The position numbers and the translations under genes are program-made. This document shows positions 60,185 through 64,000 of a stretch of 64,000 nt of DNA, in pieces. This stretch comes from Acutalibacteraceae bacterium (GTDB taxonomy: Bacteria > Bacillota > Clostridia > Oscillospirales > Acutalibacteraceae), in contig JAZULG010000124.1 in the NCBI GenBank assembly GCA_045603005.1, positions 8,124 through 72,123 on the forward strand, given 5' to 3'. Below the pieces are notes generated by a model. It was not told the origin of the DNA, made no database searches, and saw only the letters and a list, made by a program, of their open reading frames with translations. Numbering within the stretch: position 1 is the stretch's first letter; every line of letters begins with the position of its first letter.

Positions 60185-61015
60185 ATGGAAAAGCATATAG
60201 AAGTTGAGCGAAGCATAATTAAAAAGTACAGAAAAGATATCTGGAAAAGATTTATCGAGGGAATCAACGAGTACGAAATGATAAAGCCGGGGGACAGAAT
60301 TGCCGTGTGTATTTCCGGCGGCAAGGATTCTATGCTTCTGGCTAAATGCATACAGCATCTTCAGAAACACAGCGATTTTCCTTTTGAAGCGAAATATCTT
60401 GTACTTAATCCCGGGTACTCCGAGGAAAATCTTCAGAGAATAATAAATAATGCCGAGCTTCTTGACATACCCATAGAAATACGTAATGCAAATATTTTTG
60501 ATTATGTTACCGAAATTGAGCATTCACCATGCTATATGTGTGCAAGAATGAGAAGAGGACATCTCTATAAAAATGCAATGCTTCTCGGATGCAACAAAAT
60601 TGCTCTCGGACATCATTTTGATGATGTAATTGAGACAATATTGCTTAGTATGATTTACGGTGCAGAAATTAAAACTATGATGCCTAAGCTTCACAGTACA
60701 AATTTCGAGGGAATGGAGCTTATAAGACCCTTATATATGGTAAGAGAAGCTGATATCATAGCCTGGTCGAGATATAACAGCCTTGAGTTTTTACAGTGTG
60801 CCTGCAAATTTACGAAGGATAATCAGCTTCAGTCTGAGCACGAAATGCTTTCGAAACGAAAAGAAATGAAGGAGCTGATTTCCGGATTCAGGAAAATCAA
60901 CTCCAACATAGAAATGAATATATTCAGAAGTGTACATAACGTAAACCTTGAAACTGTTATAGGTTACAGAAAAGGGGATATGAAATACAATTTCCTTGAT
61001 GATTACGACGAATAA
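60185..61015 (+). CDS. PP-loop ATPase, TtcA-like tRNA thiolation enzyme
   Basis: PP-loop SGGKDS, CYMCARMRRG, GHHFDD, a later C..C pair (LQCAC). Confidence 0.8.
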   Translation: MEKHIEVERSIIKKYRKDIWKRFIEGINEYEMIKPGDRIAVCISGGKDSMLLAKCIQHLQKHSDFPFEAKYLVLNPGYSEENLQRIINNAELLDIPIEIRNANIFDYVTEIEHSPCYMCARMRRGHLYKNAMLLGCNKIALGHHFDDVIETILLSMIYGAEIKTMMPKLHSTNFEGMELIRPLYMVREADIIAWSRYNSLEFLQCACKFTKDNQLQSEHEMLSKRKEMKELISGFRKINSNIEMNIFRSVHNVNLETVIGYRKGDMKYNFLDDYDE

Positions 61016-61018
61016 TTA

Positions 61019-61606
61019 TCAGCCGTTATCCATCATATGGTTTCTGTAATAAAGGCTTATTTCATCAATACGGTGCTCAAAAAACGTATAAATATCATCA
61101 AGAGCGTACTCTTCATTCTGTTTTACAAACCACTTCATAACACCGAGAACTGCTCCCGAGTAAAAGTTGGCGAGCAGTTCAATTTTATGCTCGGGAATAT
61201 TACTGAGTACCACTCTGAATTTATCGAAGCAGAAGGATGTAATCATTGCTTCGAGATGATAATTAAAGGATGCCGACTGATTACTTGAGAAAACAGTTGA
61301 AAAAATTCTGCGATATTTATTTACGTAACTGAAAACTTCCTTTATAAATTCTGTGCAGGATTTTTTAATATTTTCAGGTGTGATATCAGGGGATATCGCA
61401 GAAAGATTAATATCACTGAGAAGAAATTTAAGACAGAAGGTAAGAAATTCATATTTATCGCTGAAATGCTTATAAAATGTCGCTCTGTGTACACCTGAAT
61501 GGTTGCAGATTTCTGAAACAGTGATATCATCAAAGGTCTTATCGCTTAACAGATCAATAAATCCCGTTAAAAGCTGTGCATAAGTTTTTTTAATCCTAAC
61601 GTCCAT
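61019..61606 (-). CDS. TetR-family transcriptional regulator
   Basis: N-terminal HTH FDDITVSEICNHSGVHRATFYKHF. SD GGAGAAAG upstream. Confidence 0.85.
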   Translation of the reverse strand: MDVRIKKTYAQLLTGFIDLLSDKTFDDITVSEICNHSGVHRATFYKHFSDKYEFLTFCLKFLLSDINLSAISPDITPENIKKSCTEFIKEVFSYVNKYRRIFSTVFSSNQSASFNYHLEAMITSFCFDKFRVVLSNIPEHKIELLANFYSGAVLGVMKWFVKQNEEYALDDIYTFFEHRIDEISLYYRNHMMDNG

Positions 61607-61620
61607 TTTCTTCTTTCTCC

Positions 61621-62472
61621 TTACTGCTTCTCTTCGCTCTCGTAAATGTTTGCCTTTATGTCATCAATCAATGAGCGAATTTTCTGCATCTGCTTACGTG
61701 TATATCTTTCAAGCTCAGGGTAATTATAAAAAAGTCTTGCTGCAACATCTTTTTCCTTTTTCTTCTTACGGTCACCGCTACTGAGTAATTTTTCCAGCTT
61801 TTCAAAGGTATTCTCAATTTGATTTTTATACTCTGAAATCTTGTCTGATTGCTTATAAATCTCTGTCTGAATAGTTGTATACTTATCGCCTATAACTCCT
61901 TTTACAGTCGAAAGAACACCGGAAAGCATACTTATAAAGCCATTTAGCTTCATCTGTAGCTTTCTTATATCAAGAGCCTTACGCACTGCATTTGCAACAT
62001 CTAAGGTAAAGATAATCAGTATAACGATAAGAATGTACTTAAGATACTCGGGATTAATTTTATTATAGAGCTTTTCAACTGCAGGATGTATCATAAGTAC
62101 AAAAACGACAGAAACGACACCCCAATGAAGGGAGTGCTTAAGTGAAATTCTTCCATTGAGATTACAGAATTCATATGTATAGTCCCACCAACGGGCAGCA
62201 AAAAGCTTTTCCATAATAATACTTGTTGTAAATTCAACAATATCACAGACTATAATTCCGAAAATAAAGACGAGAAGGGGAGTGTCTCTGAAGGGATAAA
62301 TAAGGAGAGCCATAACAACGGCAGCAGTACCATAAATAGGACATAACGGTCCCGTCAGGAAACCGCGGTTGATAAGCTTTTTCTCACCGATTGAGCAGTA
62401 TGTTGACTCGAGACACCAACCGCCAAAGCTGTAGAAAAAGAACAATATTACATATTTCATTACTTCATACAT
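61621..62472 (-). CDS. Polytopic membrane protein (CmpB / 'putative ABC-transporter type IV'-like) with charged coiled-coil tail
   Basis: FFFYSFGGWCLES, GFLTGPLCPIYG and FAARWWDY motifs, then a soluble Lys/Glu-rich C-terminus. An alternative start at ATG 62460 gives a 1-nt overlap with the HD gene stop. Confidence 0.6.
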   Translation of the reverse strand: MYEVMKYVILFFFYSFGGWCLESTYCSIGEKKLINRGFLTGPLCPIYGTAAVVMALLIYPFRDTPLLVFIFGIIVCDIVEFTTSIIMEKLFAARWWDYTYEFCNLNGRISLKHSLHWGVVSVVFVLMIHPAVEKLYNKINPEYLKYILIVILIIFTLDVANAVRKALDIRKLQMKLNGFISMLSGVLSTVKGVIGDKYTTIQTEIYKQSDKISEYKNQIENTFEKLEKLLSSGDRKKKKEKDVAARLFYNYPELERYTRKQMQKIRSLIDDIKANIYESEEKQ

Positions 62473-63014
62473 TTTTTCATCTCCTCTACATCTTTAAGAA
62501 ATCTGGCTTTGTATTTTTTACTGAAGGAATAAAGAACTTCTCTTGTTGCACAGTACTTATCTGAAAATGTAACAATCATTCCTTCCTTATATCTTGGCGG
62601 AACAACCGTCAAAGGCCACATATGCCTGAGAATAATATCCTTTTCAAGCTTTGAAATTCCGCCGCAAAGCTCATCGGCGTTGTAACAGGCATACTTTGGG
62701 TGCTTGTATCCGTGGTTTTTGTGCCATCCGCCTGTTTCGCCGTTTCTCCAATCGTAGTAGACGAGGTCGTGCATCGTTGCGGCACGTGCCGCGGATTTAT
62801 AGTCAAGTCCCATTTTTTTGCTGATTATATAAGACAGATAAGCAACGCCCGTAATGTGCTGAAGTCTGTCTATTTCGAAGTGCTGCTCGTATTGAGCAAG
62901 TGACTGTACTTCCCGCGAAAAATATATATCCTTAACTACATCGTAAAAACCGTCACTGTTGCCTTCATTAAGCCCTGCATAGGTTTTTAAGTATTCATCG
63001 TATAGTTTCCCCAT
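62460..63014 (-). CDS. HD-domain phosphohydrolase
   Basis: H...HD pattern (RLQHITGVAYLS, AATMHDLVYYD) and later His residues. 184 aa. Confidence 0.75.
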   Translation of the reverse strand: MGKLYDEYLKTYAGLNEGNSDGFYDVVKDIYFSREVQSLAQYEQHFEIDRLQHITGVAYLSYIISKKMGLDYKSAARAATMHDLVYYDWRNGETGGWHKNHGYKHPKYACYNADELCGGISKLEKDIILRHMWPLTVVPPRYKEGMIVTFSDKYCATREVLYSFSKKYKARFLKDVEEMKKCMK

Positions 63015-63032
63015 ATTACTCTCCCTATTGTT

Positions 63033-63860
63033 TTATATGTTAAAATTATTAAGTATAAACCTGACAACTCCATCATTATTGTTTGAGTCAATGATACCGG
63101 CAGCGACTTCCTTAAGCTCAGGACACGCGTTTGAAACAGCATAGCATTCATCCGCAATTTCAAATAAAGGTAAATCATTGAGATTATCGCCGAATGCAAT
63201 TATTCTATCAATCCCGAGTAATTCTTTTATCTTATCGGCAGCAACGCCTTTTGATACAGTACCGTTCATACATTCCATAAAATTGCAGTCAGTATAATTA
63301 TCTCTGTAAAATGCACAAGTTACACTGCCGAGAGAACGGATTTCCTCGCATATAGGATGCAAAATTTCTTTTTTATCAAGACTCACCATATATACGAGTC
63401 TGTCATCACTGTTAATACATAGTCCTTCCTTGCATTCTTTAAACTTCTTTTCGGTTAAATTCTGCCTGGCTTCAACATATTGCTTCTGAAAAATATTATC
63501 CAATGTTTTATAGTGTATTTCAAGGTAATTTTCCTTGAGAAAATAAAGCATAGGGGTCTTACCGTACTTTTTGTAAGCCGACAATATCTTTTCAGCATCA
63601 GCTTTTGAAATCTCATTGGATGAGATAATTCTATCATTCTTCGGATCGTAGATAAGTACACCGTTCATCAGTATCCACGGGAGCTGAAGACCTACATCCG
63701 AGAACATTTCCTTTACAGTGGCCTTTGTTCTTGCGGTTGCAACAGTAAACAAAAGTCCATTCTCAACAAGTATTTTTAAATTTTTTCTTGAAAAATCAGA
63801 CAATACAGCATTGTCATTAAGAAGTGTTCCGTCAAGATCTGAAATATATAAAGTTCTCAT
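63033..63860 (-). CDS. Cof-type HAD-IIB phosphatase
   Basis: ATG at 63860 after GAGGT. Motif I DLDGTLL, motif II TARTK, motif IV GDNLNDLPL. The track's 63917 start is an extension. Confidence 0.85.
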   Translation of the reverse strand: MRTLYISDLDGTLLNDNAVLSDFSRKNLKILVENGLLFTVATARTKATVKEMFSDVGLQLPWILMNGVLIYDPKNDRIISSNEISKADAEKILSAYKKYGKTPMLYFLKENYLEIHYKTLDNIFQKQYVEARQNLTEKKFKECKEGLCINSDDRLVYMVSLDKKEILHPICEEIRSLGSVTCAFYRDNYTDCNFMECMNGTVSKGVAADKIKELLGIDRIIAFGDNLNDLPLFEIADECYAVSNACPELKEVAAGIIDSNNNDGVVRFILNNFNI

Positions 63861-63890
63861 AATAACCTCTACTTCCAATATACTTTTCAT

Positions 63891-63919
63891 ATTATAACAT
63901 AATGCACAAAAAAACACAA
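63891..63919 (-). promoter_or_regulatory. Sigma-A type promoter with extended -10 for the minus-strand HAD operon
   Basis: On the minus strand: TTGTGT (plus 63914-63919), 17-nt spacer, TGTTATAAT (TATAAT = plus 63891-63896). Confidence 0.45.
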
Positions 63920-64000
63920 CTGTATATTAAATTATATTTTATATAAAATTACATTTGTAATTGAAAATGATTTTTTGAAAAAACTATTGAAAATCAATTA

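Noticed and set aside
60022-60523. Two minus-strand ORFs in the track (60022-60351, 109 aa; 60137-60523, 128 aa) covering the otherwise empty region and the 5' end of the PP-loop ATPase gene.
   Set aside because: They run antisense to a well-supported gene (SGGKDS PP-loop), to the SpoVM-like ORF and through its terminator hairpin. They have no SD and their composition is low-complexity. The + strand small ORFs with good SDs explain the region better.
61621-63014. The HD-domain protein plus a membrane protein with a coiled-coil tail, considered as a possible defence or signalling (cyclic-nucleotide) module.
   Set aside because: The HD protein is a small stand-alone phosphohydrolase without sensor, nuclease or cyclase partners. 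My recollection is that this HD and CmpB-like pair is a widespread housekeeping-type neighbourhood in Clostridia. I kept it only as a low-interest operon note.

Overview
This looks like a core-chromosome segment of a low-GC, endospore-forming Firmicute, probably Clostridia-like (the taxon is inference only). I call about 73 protein genes. All but five are on the + strand, in one almost unbroken co-directional array from nt 2 to 61015. The blocks, in order: (1) V-type ATPase operon ntpI-K-E-C-F-A-B-D, with the 5' end cut by the window edge. (2) A ylmH-like S4 protein, a monocistronic GerA/SpoVAF-family gene, and a small Cys-rich gene on the minus strand. (3) spoIIIAA-AH. (4) nusB-xseA-xseB-ispA-dxs-tlyA-nadK-argR-recN. 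(5) tyrS, a membrane protein and a GH38 alpha-mannosidase. (6) A PHP phosphatase, two tandem M42 peptidases and a GNAT-like ORF. (7) A ynbB-like PLP enzyme, a DUF2461-like protein and a phosphomannomutase. (8) A membrane-anchored FG-GAP-like protein followed by an OmpR-type regulator and a histidine kinase. (9) DUF1385-like, prmC, M50 protease, scpA, scpB, ytfI-like, ytfJ, dacB, rluB. (10) yicC-remA-gmk-rpoZ-priA-def-fmt, a Zn-peptidase, then rsmB-rlmN-prpC-prkC-rsgA. (11) A 400-nt stretch the ORF track leaves without a credible gene, which holds two sub-60-aa ORFs, one of them a SpoVM-like peptide. (12) A PP-loop ATPase. (13) A minus-strand HAD-HD-membrane-TetR operon. I saw no rRNA, tRNA, CRISPR array, transposase, integrase or phage gene. 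I do not see a convincing new multi-gene system such as defence, toxin or secretion; the window reads as ordinary housekeeping and sporulation core. The leads most worth a second look are the untracked small-ORF pair at 59867-60124, the FG-GAP-like protein coupled to the two-component pair, the small Cys4 protein divergent from spoIIIA, the Thr/Pro tandem-repeat tail of PrkC, and two terminators whose 3' arms contain the Shine-Dalgarno of the next gene. All family names come from motif recognition by eye; no searches were run.
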